NCBI GenBank assembly: GCA_963720465.1
Contig: OY970393.1
Coordinates: 896,001 to 960,000 of the forward strand
Origin: Methanobacteriota archaeon
Lineage (GTDB): Archaea; Halobacteriota; Bog-38; Methanoflorentales; Methanoflorentaceae
Direction: 5' to 3'
DNA: 64,000 nt
Part shown: positions 30,541 to 45,426 of the stretch, piece by piece
How positions within the stretch are numbered: position 1 is the first letter of the stretch
How the letters are laid out: every line of letters starts with the position of its first letter
Position numbers and translations under genes: made by a program
The notes under the pieces: generated by a model
The model's database searches: none
Told to the model about the DNA's origin: nothing
The model's input: only the letters and a program-made list of their open reading frames with translations

Positions 30541-31030
30541 CTTCGCCGACGCTTGCAGGCACAATGAGCAAGCTTCCTTTTGGACTGAAGCCCTAACCAA
30601 TTGGGTCATGTGCACGGACATCGCTTCCATTGGCCGTGATTCGATGGTAATGGGGAACTAGAGCTGTCAGTGGTCATTCCATACGATGACTTATTAGACA
30701 AACTCGGAGAGCAATTAGCCGGGTCTGCTGATCTCGACATATGGTTAGACTGAAGTGGAATTGCAATCAGAGCCTTCGCGGACCGACCCTTTTGGAAGAG
30801 GCCCGCGGGATCAGCGCCATTGGCGACAGATTCGTATTGCTGAAAGCAGAAGCCCGATTAGACGACCGCGCTTAGTCAGACGTTTTTTTGCTCGTTTCAC
30901 GGCCAAAAGAGACCTACGTGGGATTCTGGCCGTTTGCCGTGCCATTAAATAGCGGACGTGAACCTCGAAACGAAAGGCGCGTCCGAAAACCTTTATATGC
31001 GCTTGATGAACATATTGGCGGAGAATTCCC

Positions 31031-32176
31031 ATGATACTCAAGCAGGACGTCCTCGACGTGTTGAGCGAATATGACAAGAGAAACATCACGGTCGGCATGT
31101 TAGGCTCGCACTCCGCGTTAGACGTCTGCGACGGTGCCCGCGACGAGGGGCTGCACAACCTGGTAGTCTGCCAAAAAGGACGGGACGGTCTTTACACTAA
31201 CTATTTCAAGGGCCGCACGATGAACGGACTTGAGAAAGGCATCGTCGATGAGACCATTGTCCTCAATAAGTTCGATGAGATTCTCGCGGAAAGCGTGCAG
31301 GAGCAGCTCGTAAAAAAGAACACGCTATTCATCCCTAACCGTTCTTTCGTAGTCTACAGCGGCATACGTCGAGTCGAAAACGAGTTTCGGCTGCCGCTCG
31401 TGGGCACACGTGAAATGCTGAAGATAGAGGATAGGGAGACGGAAAAAGAGAACTACTATTGGGTCAGTCAGCAAGCGGGCATTCCAATCCCGAAACACTA
31501 TGTGAGCAAAGATGACATCGACACGCTCGTAATGGTGAAGCTTCACCACAAGTATATGACGCTCGAGCGCGGGTTCTTCACCGCCGCTTCTCCTGAGGAG
31601 TACGACGCAAAGGTTGGGCGGCTCATCGACAGAGAGATTATTACAACCGAAGCCCTTAACGACGCGCGAATCGAACAGTACATCATCGGCCCCGTGTTCA
31701 ACTTCAACTTTTTCTATTCGCCGATCGATGATGAGATCGAGCTCCTCGGAATTGATTTCAGATTCGAAAGCAACCTTGACGGATTGGTGCGAATTCCCGC
31801 CGAGCAGCAGCTGGAGCTGCCCGCAAAATACCGCGACCCGCTGATGACCATCGTCGGGCACGCGAACGCATCGCTCAGAGAGTCGTTGCTTGAGCGAGTC
31901 TATCTGATGGCCGAACGATTTGTGGAGTTCTCTAAGCGACACTACAGCGCCCCAATAATCGGACCGTTTTGCCTGCAGACGATCGTTGATCAAAACATGG
32001 ACTTCTACGTTTACGATATCGCAACGCGCATCGGCGGCGGCACAAACGTACATACGAACGTGGGCGCTCCGTACGGAAACTCGCTGCTAAGAACGCGTAT
32101 GAGCTCGGGACGACGTCTCGCGCTAGAGATCAGGCGCGCGATCGCTCTCGACCAAGTCGACAAGATAGTGACTTAG
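31031..32176 (+). CDS. purP: PurP-family formate--AICAR ligase (ATP-grasp), paralogue 1
   Basis: GSHSALD, FIPNRSF, ERGFF, GPFCLQ and RIGGGTN motifs. Confidence 0.88.
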   Translation: MILKQDVLDVLSEYDKRNITVGMLGSHSALDVCDGARDEGLHNLVVCQKGRDGLYTNYFKGRTMNGLEKGIVDETIVLNKFDEILAESVQEQLVKKNTLFIPNRSFVVYSGIRRVENEFRLPLVGTREMLKIEDRETEKENYYWVSQQAGIPIPKHYVSKDDIDTLVMVKLHHKYMTLERGFFTAASPEEYDAKVGRLIDREIITTEALNDARIEQYIIGPVFNFNFFYSPIDDEIELLGIDFRFESNLDGLVRIPAEQQLELPAKYRDPLMTIVGHANASLRESLLERVYLMAERFVEFSKRHYSAPIIGPFCLQTIVDQNMDFYVYDIATRIGGGTNVHTNVGAPYGNSLLRTRMSSGRRLALEIRRAIALDQVDKIVT

Positions 32177-32177
32177 C

Positions 32178-33593
32178 ATGAGCCGCACCGGGACGAAACG
32201 AAAAACGGACTGGGACGTCCTCATCATAGGAGCCGGTCCTGCCGGCATGTGCGCTGCAAACGAGCTGACAGACCGAGGTGTCAGCGTGCTCGTCGTCGAT
32301 CGCGGCCGCGACATCAAAGAACGGCACTGCCCGATGGAAGAGATCGGCAAGTGTGCTGAGTGCAAGCAGTGCGACATCATGTGCGGCGTCGGCGGCGCGG
32401 GCACGTTCTCCGACGGCACCCTCAACCTGCGCCCTGATATCGGGGGCGACCTTGCCGCAATTACGGGAGACAACCCGTCAGCATGGGCACTGGTTGACTA
32501 CGTCGACGGCTTGTTCCTCAAGTACGGCGCCCCTGAACGGCTTTACACCGCCGATGGCGCCGACGTCGAGAAGCTCAAGCGCGCGGCTGCCTCAGTTGGC
32601 GTGCACTTCATCGAGATTCCGCAACGTCACATGGGCTCTGACAACGCCCCCCGTATCATCGAGAACTTCGAAAACGACTTGAAGTCCCGGGGCACCGTGT
32701 TTCGGGTGAACGCCCAAGTCCGCGACTTGCTCATCGAGGACAACACGTGTACTGGGGTGCTGCTCGAACACGGTGAAAAGCTCTCTTCGCGATTTACGCT
32801 GCTCTCTCCCGGCCGAATTGGCGGGGAATGGGTCAACACCATCGTCAAACGCCACGGCATCGACGCGAAGCACGGTGCGATAGACATCGGCGTTCGCGTC
32901 GAGGTTCCCTCGATCATCATGGACCCCATAACCAGGATAAACCACGATCCAAAGTTTCACATTCGCACGAAGCGGTACGATGATTTCGTTAGAACCTTCT
33001 GCACGAACGAGCACGGGTTCGTCGTCAAGGAGCGCTACGAGGGGTTCATAGGCACGAACGGGCATTCGCTCAAGAGCCGCCGATCGGACAACACCAACTT
33101 TGCGTTCCTAGTGCGAACCGAGCTTACCGAACCACTCGAAGATACGACACGATATGGTAAGTCGGTCTCGAAACTGGCGACGACCATCGGCGGGGGCAAT
33201 CCAATTCTCCAAAGAATGGGCGATTTACGCCGCGGACAGCGCTCCACTTGGAGTCGGATACGACGAAATCCCGTCAAAAACACCCTCGCGGATGTCACGC
33301 CCGGCGACATTTCAATGGCAATGCCCCACCGGATCGTGATGGACATCATTGAAGGACTCGAAAAGCTGAACGAAGTCATACCAGGTGTTGCCTCCGACTC
33401 AACGCTGCTCTACGCTCCCGAAGTGAAGTTCTACGCAATGGAGCTGCAGGTCTCGCAAGAGCTGGCGACGAGCACTAAAGGGCTCTACGCGGCAGGAGAC
33501 GGCACAGGGCTTTCACGAGACATTATCAACGCCGCTGCGACGGGTGTCATAGCTGGTCGAGGGATTCTCCGAGAGCTCGAAAAGGGTTCCTGA
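32178..33593 (+). CDS. FAD-dependent oxidoreductase (uncharacterised, with Cys cluster)
   Basis: IIGAGPAG, C-x6-CxxCxxC, GGAGTFSDG, RTFC, YAPEVKFY and AAGDG. Confidence 0.88.
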   Translation: MSRTGTKRKTDWDVLIIGAGPAGMCAANELTDRGVSVLVVDRGRDIKERHCPMEEIGKCAECKQCDIMCGVGGAGTFSDGTLNLRPDIGGDLAAITGDNPSAWALVDYVDGLFLKYGAPERLYTADGADVEKLKRAAASVGVHFIEIPQRHMGSDNAPRIIENFENDLKSRGTVFRVNAQVRDLLIEDNTCTGVLLEHGEKLSSRFTLLSPGRIGGEWVNTIVKRHGIDAKHGAIDIGVRVEVPSIIMDPITRINHDPKFHIRTKRYDDFVRTFCTNEHGFVVKERYEGFIGTNGHSLKSRRSDNTNFAFLVRTELTEPLEDTTRYGKSVSKLATTIGGGNPILQRMGDLRRGQRSTWSRIRRNPVKNTLADVTPGDISMAMPHRIVMDIIEGLEKLNEVIPGVASDSTLLYAPEVKFYAMELQVSQELATSTKGLYAAGDGTGLSRDIINAAATGVIAGRGILRELEKGS

Positions 33594-33721
33594 ACGGCAG
33601 CAACCGCCTCACAAAGGAAAGCAGCGGTCTCGCCAGCGGCCGAGCATGTGCTTGTTTCGCGTCTGCACATCGCTTTTTTATATTGGCGTACGCAATACCT
33701 GTCCTGTCAACTCTCTGAGGG

Positions 33722-34771
33722 ATGCGTGTGGACCCGGTGCACGAAGCTATTAACTCTTATGATCTGGAAGAAATCACCCTCGCGACGTTGTGCTCGCACA
33801 CGAGTTTGCAGATTTTCCACGGTGCGCGCGAGGAGGGATTTAAGACGCTCGGCCTCGCTATCGGAGCGATACCGAAATACTATGACGCGTATCCTAGGGC
33901 TAAGCCCGACGACTTCTTGGTCGTTGACTCTCACCTCGAGGTGCTTGAGCACGCCGCCGAATTGCGCGACAGAAACGCGATAGTGATCCCTCATGGGTCC
34001 CTAGTCGAGTACCTCGGCGCAGACAACTTCTTGAACCTGGACGTGCCTACCTACGGAAATCGTCGCGTGCTTCAATGGGAGTCAGATCGGCAGAAAAGCA
34101 GGGAATGGCTCGAACGCGCCGGCGTGTCAATGCCACGCGAGGTACGCGATCCGCGAGACATCACGGCACCCGTCATCGTGAAATACCACGGAGCAAAAGG
34201 CGGGCGGGGCTTTTTCATCGCCAGTGACTACGCAGACTTCGCAAAAGGCATAGAGCCGGGCGCAGAATACACGATACAGGAGTTCGTTCTCGGCACGCGA
34301 TTCTACTTCCACTACTTCTACTCACCAATCGCACAAAACGGTTACAGATTGAGCAAGGGGGCTCTTGAGATGCTCGGCATCGATCGCCGATTGGAGGCAA
34401 ACGTTGACGAGATCTATCGGGCCGGCAACGTCGCTGTTGAACCCACGTTCGTCGTCACCGGAAACACCCCTGTCGTTCTTAGAGAAAAGCTGCTCGAACC
34501 CGTGTTTGACATAGGGCGTCGCGTCGTTGAGAAATCGATCGACCTGTTCGGCGGTATGATCGGCCCGTTTTGTCTCGAGACGATAGTTACGGATGCGCTC
34601 GAGTTTAAAGTCTTTGAAGTGTCAGCCAGGCTTGTGGCCGGCACTAATCTGTACCCGATGGGGTCTCCGTATTCTGATTACATCTACGACACCATGTCGT
34701 GCGGCCGGCGCATCGCGCTCGAACTACGAAACGCCGTGCGCTCGAAGCAGCTCCAACAGGTTTTGAGCTGA
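33722..34771 (+). CDS. purP: PurP-family formate--AICAR ligase, paralogue 2
   Basis: CSHTSLQI, IPHGS, GAKGGRG, GPFCLE and EVSARLVAGTN. Confidence 0.9.
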   Translation: MRVDPVHEAINSYDLEEITLATLCSHTSLQIFHGAREEGFKTLGLAIGAIPKYYDAYPRAKPDDFLVVDSHLEVLEHAAELRDRNAIVIPHGSLVEYLGADNFLNLDVPTYGNRRVLQWESDRQKSREWLERAGVSMPREVRDPRDITAPVIVKYHGAKGGRGFFIASDYADFAKGIEPGAEYTIQEFVLGTRFYFHYFYSPIAQNGYRLSKGALEMLGIDRRLEANVDEIYRAGNVAVEPTFVVTGNTPVVLREKLLEPVFDIGRRVVEKSIDLFGGMIGPFCLETIVTDALEFKVFEVSARLVAGTNLYPMGSPYSDYIYDTMSCGRRIALELRNAVRSKQLQQVLS

Positions 34772-34861
34772 ACTAAGCCGCTGTGCGAGCGGAGTCTGAC
34801 GCAGTCTGAATGCGTCATATCGAGTAAATAACGCAGCACATTTCGTGGCCCGATAGATTTC

Positions 34862-34870
34862 AAAAAAAAA
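34862..34870 (-). terminator. Oligo-T terminator after 5S rRNA
   Basis: A9 on the plus strand (T9 on minus) just downstream of 5S. Confidence 0.5.
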
Positions 34871-34879
34871 TGAATGAGA

Positions 34880-35004
34880 GACGTAGCAGCGCTCCATGGT
34901 TCCCGAACGCTCTCGCACTTCAGTACAACATGGAACGTTGACGGGCTTATCTTCCGTGTTCGGGATGGGTACGGGAGTTTCCCCGCCGCTATGGCCGCTA
35001 CGTC
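34880..35004 (-). rRNA. rrf: 5S rRNA
   Basis: GACGUAGCGGCCAUAGC...CCCGUACCCAUCCCGAACACGGAAGAUAAGC...GCUGCUACGUC; the ends pair as helix I. Confidence 0.95.
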
Positions 35005-35005
35005 A

Positions 35006-35077
35006 AGCCAAGGTCCGGATTTGAACCGGAGTGTAGCTGCTCTGCAGGCAGCCGCGTAACCGCTCCGCCACCTTGGC
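35006..35077 (-). tRNA. tRNA-Cys (GCA)
   Basis: GCCAAGG acceptor stem pairing with CCUUGGC, anticodon loop CUGCAGA, T-loop GGUUCAAAUCC, discriminator U. Confidence 0.95.
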
Positions 35078-35104
35078 GCTTGACTGCTAGCTACTCTAGC
35101 TCGC

Positions 35105-35112
35105 GTTATAAG
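35105..35112 (-). promoter_or_regulatory. TATA-like box upstream of tRNA-Cys/5S
   Basis: CTTATAAC lies about 28-35 nt upstream of the tRNA 5' end. Confidence 0.45.
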
Positions 35113-35184
35113 AGTGCATGTTCCATAATTACTCCCCGAAAGCGGTGACTTGCGAGGATCTGGTATACGCCTAGCTAATATGAA

Positions 35185-38092
<2,908 letters not shown>

Positions 38093-38230
38093 CACTTCAC
38101 ATTAACTAGTTAGCGTCCAGATTATGGAACTTATGCACGGTACACTTCTAACAAAGTGGACCCTTCCACAGCGGCGCCAGCCCCTGTGTGCATTAACGCT
38201 GGAACGATTTTTCCCATGCGGGTCGTTCGA

Positions 38231-38303
38231 TGGACTCGCTGGGATTTGAACCCAGGGCCTCTGCCTTGCAAAGGCAGCGCTCTTCCAGCTGAGCTACGAG
38301 CCC
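38231..38303 (-). tRNA. tRNA-Ala (TGC) in the 16S-23S spacer
   Basis: GGGCUCGUAGCUCAGCUGGAAGAGCGCUGCCUUUGCAAGGCAGAGGCCCUGGGUUCAAAUCCCAGCGAGUCCA. Confidence 0.97.
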
Positions 38304-38342
38304 TAGGAAGGTCTCTTGATTCGGCTTCCACCTGTATTGCGT

Positions 38343-39813
<1,471 letters not shown>

Positions 39814-40067
39814 TGTATGCACACTACAAGGAATTGTGCGGATTCGCATTGATGCATATCCGCTTCGACCGATTCCATATCAAATGGTTTCAGCCGAATC
39901 AATCAACCCACGTCAGTTGCAAGGTTTCTGACAGATTACGCCAGCTCACTTACAACTCCACTGTATGTTTTTCGCGACCGGAGATCGATCCCTCACGGTT
40001 GGAAGTAAATTCCACATAAGGACCGTATGTTGGCCGCGATGGACCTCATCTCGGAAGATCAGGCCTC

Positions 40068-40096
40068 TGATATATAGAATCCGTAGGTATATAAGG
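40068..40096 (-). promoter_or_regulatory. Probable rRNA operon promoter (TATA boxes)
   Basis: Minus-strand CTTATATA and CTATATAT about 260-280 nt upstream of 16S. Confidence 0.45.
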
Positions 40097-40523
40097 TTAA
40101 CCGGCGGTCGATGCGGCACGTGTCACGAACTTCAATGGGGTCGTAAAGCAATAAATAGGTGTTTTTAGAGGGTTGCGTGCGACAGCCGTTGTGGCATCCC
40201 TGTGGCCGCCGTCGTGCAGCGTGCTGGTGCGATTCGGCGTACGTACCTTAAGAAAAGAGGAGCATGTCGTAGCGTGATAATCGAATATGGAGCCGTACGA
40301 TCGGACGCAATACTGTAAGACGAAATACGGACGCTGGGAAGAGGCGACTGCTCACGGCTCGCTTCTGGGGATCCATTGGCGAAAAGTCGCGCAGCAGCTC
40401 GATGGGCCAATAAGCCCGTACGAAGAATGTTGCTCTTTTTTTAGCGCTTGATAGCGAGTAGTCGCCAGCAAACCCGCATAAGACCATATAGAATAACAGT
40501 GCAAGCTGTGTACGAAGAAGGAG

Positions 40524-40790
40524 GTGAACTACATTAGTCCAAGCACGAGAGACAGTTTCGGTGGCAGTTCTAACCGATTTGATAGCGGATCATCTAAAGA
40601 TGCTCCAGTGGATGTTGGAAAGGAATACGACGTCAAAATTGAAGATATTTCAAAAAAGGGGGATGGCATCGCCCGAGTTAGCGGTTTCGTAATCTTCGTT
40701 CCCAACACAAAGATCAACGACGAAGTCAGAATTGAAATCAAAACTGTGAAAAATAATTTTGCCGTCGGTGAGATAACGGGGGCGGATTAA
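40524..40790 (+). CDS. Single TRAM-domain RNA chaperone
   Basis: APVDVGKEYDVKIEDISKKGDGIARVSGFVIFVP with GGAGG RBS. Confidence 0.9.
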   Translation: MNYISPSTRDSFGGSSNRFDSGSSKDAPVDVGKEYDVKIEDISKKGDGIARVSGFVIFVPNTKINDEVRIEIKTVKNNFAVGEITGAD

Positions 40791-41336
40791 CTTCGCTTGT
40801 TCTTTTTGCGGCTTAGAATTGAATATATGGGCGGACTGCATTGTGGTTTAAGCATTCCAAGCTATTGACGATCGTGTTGTTTGTCCATCCATTTTTCCTC
40901 TCCTACCAAAGGAAATCCAAAAAAAGGAAATGACCCACGAGGAGCGTACCGAAGGATTTCCACGTTCATATCAAATCCCGATCGTAACTATAGTAGATAG
41001 TGAACGGCTTTCTACGCGCCTCTGGATGGAGGTCAAATGTTACTGGGCATAGCGCGTCAATACCCAACTGCTGTGCTCCCAGCAAGCTATAATCGGGCTG
41101 CCCATTAAAGGTAAAGTCTGATTTGAAGACGTAGGGGTATCAAGAGAATCATGCTTGGATGGCAACCTAGTGTGAAATAAGCAGTCACGTGCCACTGTCA
41201 TTTACGGGCCGGTGTCAGTGGTCGGAGTCAAAGCGTTTTCCGGTGTTTCATATCCGATTGCTGAATATAGCCTGAAATGGGTATAGAAAACCTCGATGTG
41301 TTCGAAGATGTCGCGCTTGCTTCTAAATGGCTACCC

Positions 41337-41981
41337 TTAAATCTGGGCAAAGCGAACTCCGATGTCAAAAGCCTTTTGACAATCTTTTGGAAATTCTTCT
41401 TTTCGTCTCATGGCTTTCTCTTCAACATTAAACAATGTTGACTCATACTTAGAATAATCATCAAATTGATAGGTATCGGTAACTAACAGCGATTCCGATT
41501 CCCCGAAGATCCTCTTCATTACCATTTCAACAATATTGAGCGACTGATCATAGCCCATTAGTTTCATCTGGTCTTCTTTCGCACCCATAGTGTAAATTAA
41601 ACCCGTCTTGATCCTCTTCGTAAAAAGCGTTGAATGGTTCGCATCATATACCAAGTACGGAAATATCAACCGTTCCATAAAGGATCTCATCTCGCCAGTA
41701 GCGGTTCCCAGGTAGATAGGAGAACCCAGAATAATGGCATCAGCTTCAACAGCTTTTTCGAGAATGGGTGTCAAATCATCGTTTACGGCACACCTGCCAT
41801 AGCTCTCGCCATTTTTCAATTTGCAGGAAAAACAGCTTATGCAGCCTTTAAAATCGAGTTTATAAAGATGAACGAGTTCAGTCTCTGCCCCCTGTGAAGC
41901 TGCTCCGTCAAGCGCATTAGTTAATAGGGTTGCGGTGTTGCATTTGGTTCGCGGACTTCCGTTTATTGCTAATACTTTCAC
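41337..41981 (-). CDS. Iron-sulfur flavoprotein / flavodoxin family
   Basis: AINGSPR, CISCFSC...C and ILGSPIY motifs. Confidence 0.9.
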   Translation of the reverse strand: MKVLAINGSPRTKCNTATLLTNALDGAASQGAETELVHLYKLDFKGCISCFSCKLKNGESYGRCAVNDDLTPILEKAVEADAIILGSPIYLGTATGEMRSFMERLIFPYLVYDANHSTLFTKRIKTGLIYTMGAKEDQMKLMGYDQSLNIVEMVMKRIFGESESLLVTDTYQFDDYSKYESTLFNVEEKAMRRKEEFPKDCQKAFDIGVRFAQI

Positions 41982-42305
41982 GAACAGTGCCTCTCCCTTA
42001 TGGCGATTTAACCTTTTGTTTTATACGAACGTGTATCTGAACATTGACTCAAACTCATGGGCCGTGTGAAGACAGAGGATTTGGGGCATAGGCTCGCTTG
42101 ATGATGAACACGAATTGAAACAAAATTACAGAACCCAGCGGTCTTCAGTTTAAGGTTTTTCGTTCTTGAGTGCGTGCCTACGCACTTCCGGCAAGGGCAC
42201 ACGCTGTTTGTCTACTGTCTACATTAACGATGCTAGCAGCGCTTATTCTATCTGCGTTGACACGCAGGCCCCGGTAGGAAGCAAACGCCCTATATAGATG
42301 GTGAT

Positions 42306-42725
42306 CTATGCCATCTTCGTGCCGGCCTCGTACGAGGCGCTCTGGTTGAAGACCTCGACCGGAGAAAAGGTCCAAACGCCCCGGACGGTCAGTCCGACCT
42401 ACTTCATCTTCTCTGACATCGTGTCAAACAATGGTCCAGAGGTGACGAAGTCCCCAACCCTGCATCTGACTTCGTAGGACTGCAGGCCGTCGAGGACCAG
42501 GAACGAAGCCATCTTGTTGTCCCTCTTCATCGCTTCCAGGTTCTTTCCAGTCTTCTTCATCAAAATGGCGCCTGCGATCATCATCTCGTTCGATGGTACC
42601 CTGATGCTTCCCGCTTGGATCGCGTGTGGAGCTCCGTCAGCACCAACAGTTGCCAAGATCTTCGGGTTCTTTTCGTTGTTAATCGCCTTAACTACTTCAT
42701 CAGGTATTTTGACCACGATTTTCAC
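42306..42725 (-). CDS. Pyridoxamine 5'-phosphate oxidase-like FMN-binding protein with an in-frame TAG at 42399-42401
   Basis: KILATVGADGAPH...KTGKNL. After the TAG the same frame continues VGLTVRGVWTFSPVEVFNQSASYEAGTKMA*, the expected family C-terminus. Confidence 0.75.
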
Positions 42726-43600
42726 CTAGTTGCCAAGAGTTCGTTGGCAAAAATAAATATTGCATGCGAAGCAACGCGTCATTTTTGATATGATAATAGA
42801 TTTAGAACCATGCTCAAGCGTCGTTCTTGGTTATGCTCCCAAAGGTCTGATCGGCGTTATCCGCGCATCGTTCATTGTCAAACCTAAAGGTAAGAAACGT
42901 CACCGAAAGGATAAGTACGGAGCGCACTTGTGGTAATCGCGAACTACAACAAAGACGGCTTTTATGCGAATGTGCGTGAGCTTGTCGACGAAGAAGCAAC
43001 GTTGATAGAGGCTCCCGATCTCAGGAAACGATTGATCGTTTGCGAAACCTCGTGAGCGCCATCTTCACGTGCAAGCCCGCAAATAATTAATGGCAGTATG
43101 AACAAGAAAGACAGAAACTTTACAGATATTCCGAAGCTTGCACGTCGACAGGAGAGAGAAGGAAGAGTAAACGTGGTCGCAGACAAGGTGCCAGGGAGTG
43201 GAAAGAAAACCCCACTGCCGTTCTCATCGAAAGCTTCTTCAACATACTGTTAGTCCCCTTGGATCCCACACGAGAGCCGAACAGGCTGCGAGGTGGGACG
43301 AAATAGTAGCGACCTCCGCGAGATGAGTAACAAAAAACCCGCGAGGGCTTTCTGGCGTTAGCGCTAGCGTGTATGTAGGAACACATGCTACAAAGTCAAT
43401 TGTGACATAAATATTGATATCTTTAGAATACACATTTTAATCAATTTTCGAGGCTATTTGCACGAAAGGAGCGCAAATAGCAAGCTTTATATCAATCTGA
43501 ATCAACGACGTGGCATAACAACAAGGAATGTGAGGGGGCCAAACTGGACGAAACACTACTCGCATCGCAAGTCGATGGCGCGGAGATACTTCGGCTGTCG

Positions 43601-44365
43601 ATGTGTTCTGATCTCAGGAAGAACCTCATTCTCTCACTCAAAAAAGGCACAACAGCGCTCGCTGATTTGCGGAAGGCGACGCGAAACAACTCCGCCGCCG
43701 TAATCCATGCTCTAAGAGAGCTCGAAAAGGAACACCTCACATACCAGGATAATAAGCGCAACTACGAACTTACGAACACAGGCAAGCTTGTAGCGTTGCA
43801 GCTTGAAAACTTCGTGAGAACAGCCAACGCAATCACTCAGTTCAGTAAGTTTTGGCTAGAACACGATTTAAGCGGCATCGCTGAAAATTCTCTCAAGAAC
43901 ATAGGATGTTTGCAAGAATCGCAGGTCTTGACAAGCATGCCCACTGACGTTTTTAACGCCTTTTCGACCTTTATCACCCTGCTCGAAGATGCCAAAGTGG
44001 TAAAAGGCGTTGCCCCTGTGTTTACGCCAGACTTGCTTGATATTTACGCCGAACTCGCCGCAAAAGGCATACCGATCGAACTGGTCGTTACGCACGAAGT
44101 GCTCGAAAAAATGGTAGAGCTCGCAGACCACAGCCCGCTCAAGAATCACCTTAAAGCAAATCTTAAGCTGTTTGTGATTAAACAAAACCCAAAAACGGCG
44201 TTCACGGTGACTGACTATTTCTTTATCTTTGGACTCTTCAGATTCGACGGGTCTTATGACTATTCAGACCAGTTATTAAGTTATAGCACAGAAGGCACAA
44301 GGTGGGGCCGCGAGCTGTTTGATCACTACGTCAGAGCATCAAAAGAGTTCGACTTAAAATATTAA
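43601..44365 (+). CDS. Winged-helix plus DUF1724 transcriptional regulator
   Basis: SDLRKNLILSL...YELTNTG, FWLEHDLSGI, TVTD...GLF...G.YD and WGRELFDHY. The start may be ~20 codons upstream. Confidence 0.85.
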   Translation: MCSDLRKNLILSLKKGTTALADLRKATRNNSAAVIHALRELEKEHLTYQDNKRNYELTNTGKLVALQLENFVRTANAITQFSKFWLEHDLSGIAENSLKNIGCLQESQVLTSMPTDVFNAFSTFITLLEDAKVVKGVAPVFTPDLLDIYAELAAKGIPIELVVTHEVLEKMVELADHSPLKNHLKANLKLFVIKQNPKTAFTVTDYFFIFGLFRFDGSYDYSDQLLSYSTEGTRWGRELFDHYVRASKEFDLKY

Positions 44366-45426
44366 ACGCCACCTTCAAGCGCGCTTCATCCCTTTGGTAG
44401 TTGCGACAGCTCCTTGGAGTACGTACCACCACCGATCACGTGCTAACCATTCTGTTGCCGTCCCGCCAGCGGTAACACGACAACCTTGTTCGTTTTCCCA
44501 CGTTTCGCCTAAGTCGTAGGTATGCCTCGTGTTATGGCTTAAGCCGCTTGCTAGCTGATCACGTTAGTAGCAAGACTAAAACGAGCATCAACAGTAGTCT
44601 CCCTTTGTTTGATGGCCCTTTTATTGAGGCGTAATCGCCTAACCATTGTTAGAACGCTTGCAACCAGAAAAAAACCAGAAAAAAAGAACTGTGCCAGAGC
44701 GTTAACGGAAGAGGTCCTTAAGATAAAGGTATTGTGGATAAACCGAATATTTTTTTGCGGCATCTTCGGAATCACAGATAGACTACAATGTCTTACGATA
44801 GCGCTGTTTCGTCCGTTTTTGGCCCACTTTAGTTGCGTCAAAGCGTTAAGGACGCTTTTTGCAAGCTGACGGCCTTCGATCGTAATTTAAAACTGTGCAG
44901 AGACTGTTTCTCCTTCTAAATAGCAAAAAGAGTCACAGAACAGTGGGCTCAAGGCGACTGGAACGCCTCCTGCGAATCAGACGAGCTCTTAACACGCTTG
45001 CCCGGCGAGAATGTGCCACCCATGCCTTGTGAGAACGTAACGACACTTGCACAACGCCTTCTCAGCGCAAGAGGATTTGTTGGATATCGAACGCAGCCAT
45101 CGCGTGGTGTTGAAAGATGACCGTGTGGTTCGCCTTGGTTCTCTCGGACAGTCCCTTTATTTTGCCAAAAGGATCATCTCCTCTTCGAGTTTAATGGCGA
45201 ACTAGCCGCTTATAAATAGCTAGTGGCAATCATGAAGGGGCCGCTTAAGTCCGCGTCTGATACAGTTTCGCAAATGTTAGCACTTGGTTTGAAACCAGTA
45301 CCCTCGCACTGGTTAGGCAGTGATAAGCGTGCAAGATGGTAGTAGACATCGCATGGGAAAAAGGTTTATCAAATCACTGGTTGGTTGTACCAGTAACCTG
45401 TACCGTAACCTTCTACTAATTAGGCA

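Noticed and set aside
29593-30630. Long antisense ORFs (also 31325-32053 and 57733-58527)
   Set aside because: Shadow frames of well-supported genes (fmdC, purP, trpB).
30640-30753. Short protein-like frame (ELSVVIPYDDLLDKLGEQL...)
   Set aside because: No start context or recognisable family; possibly debris.
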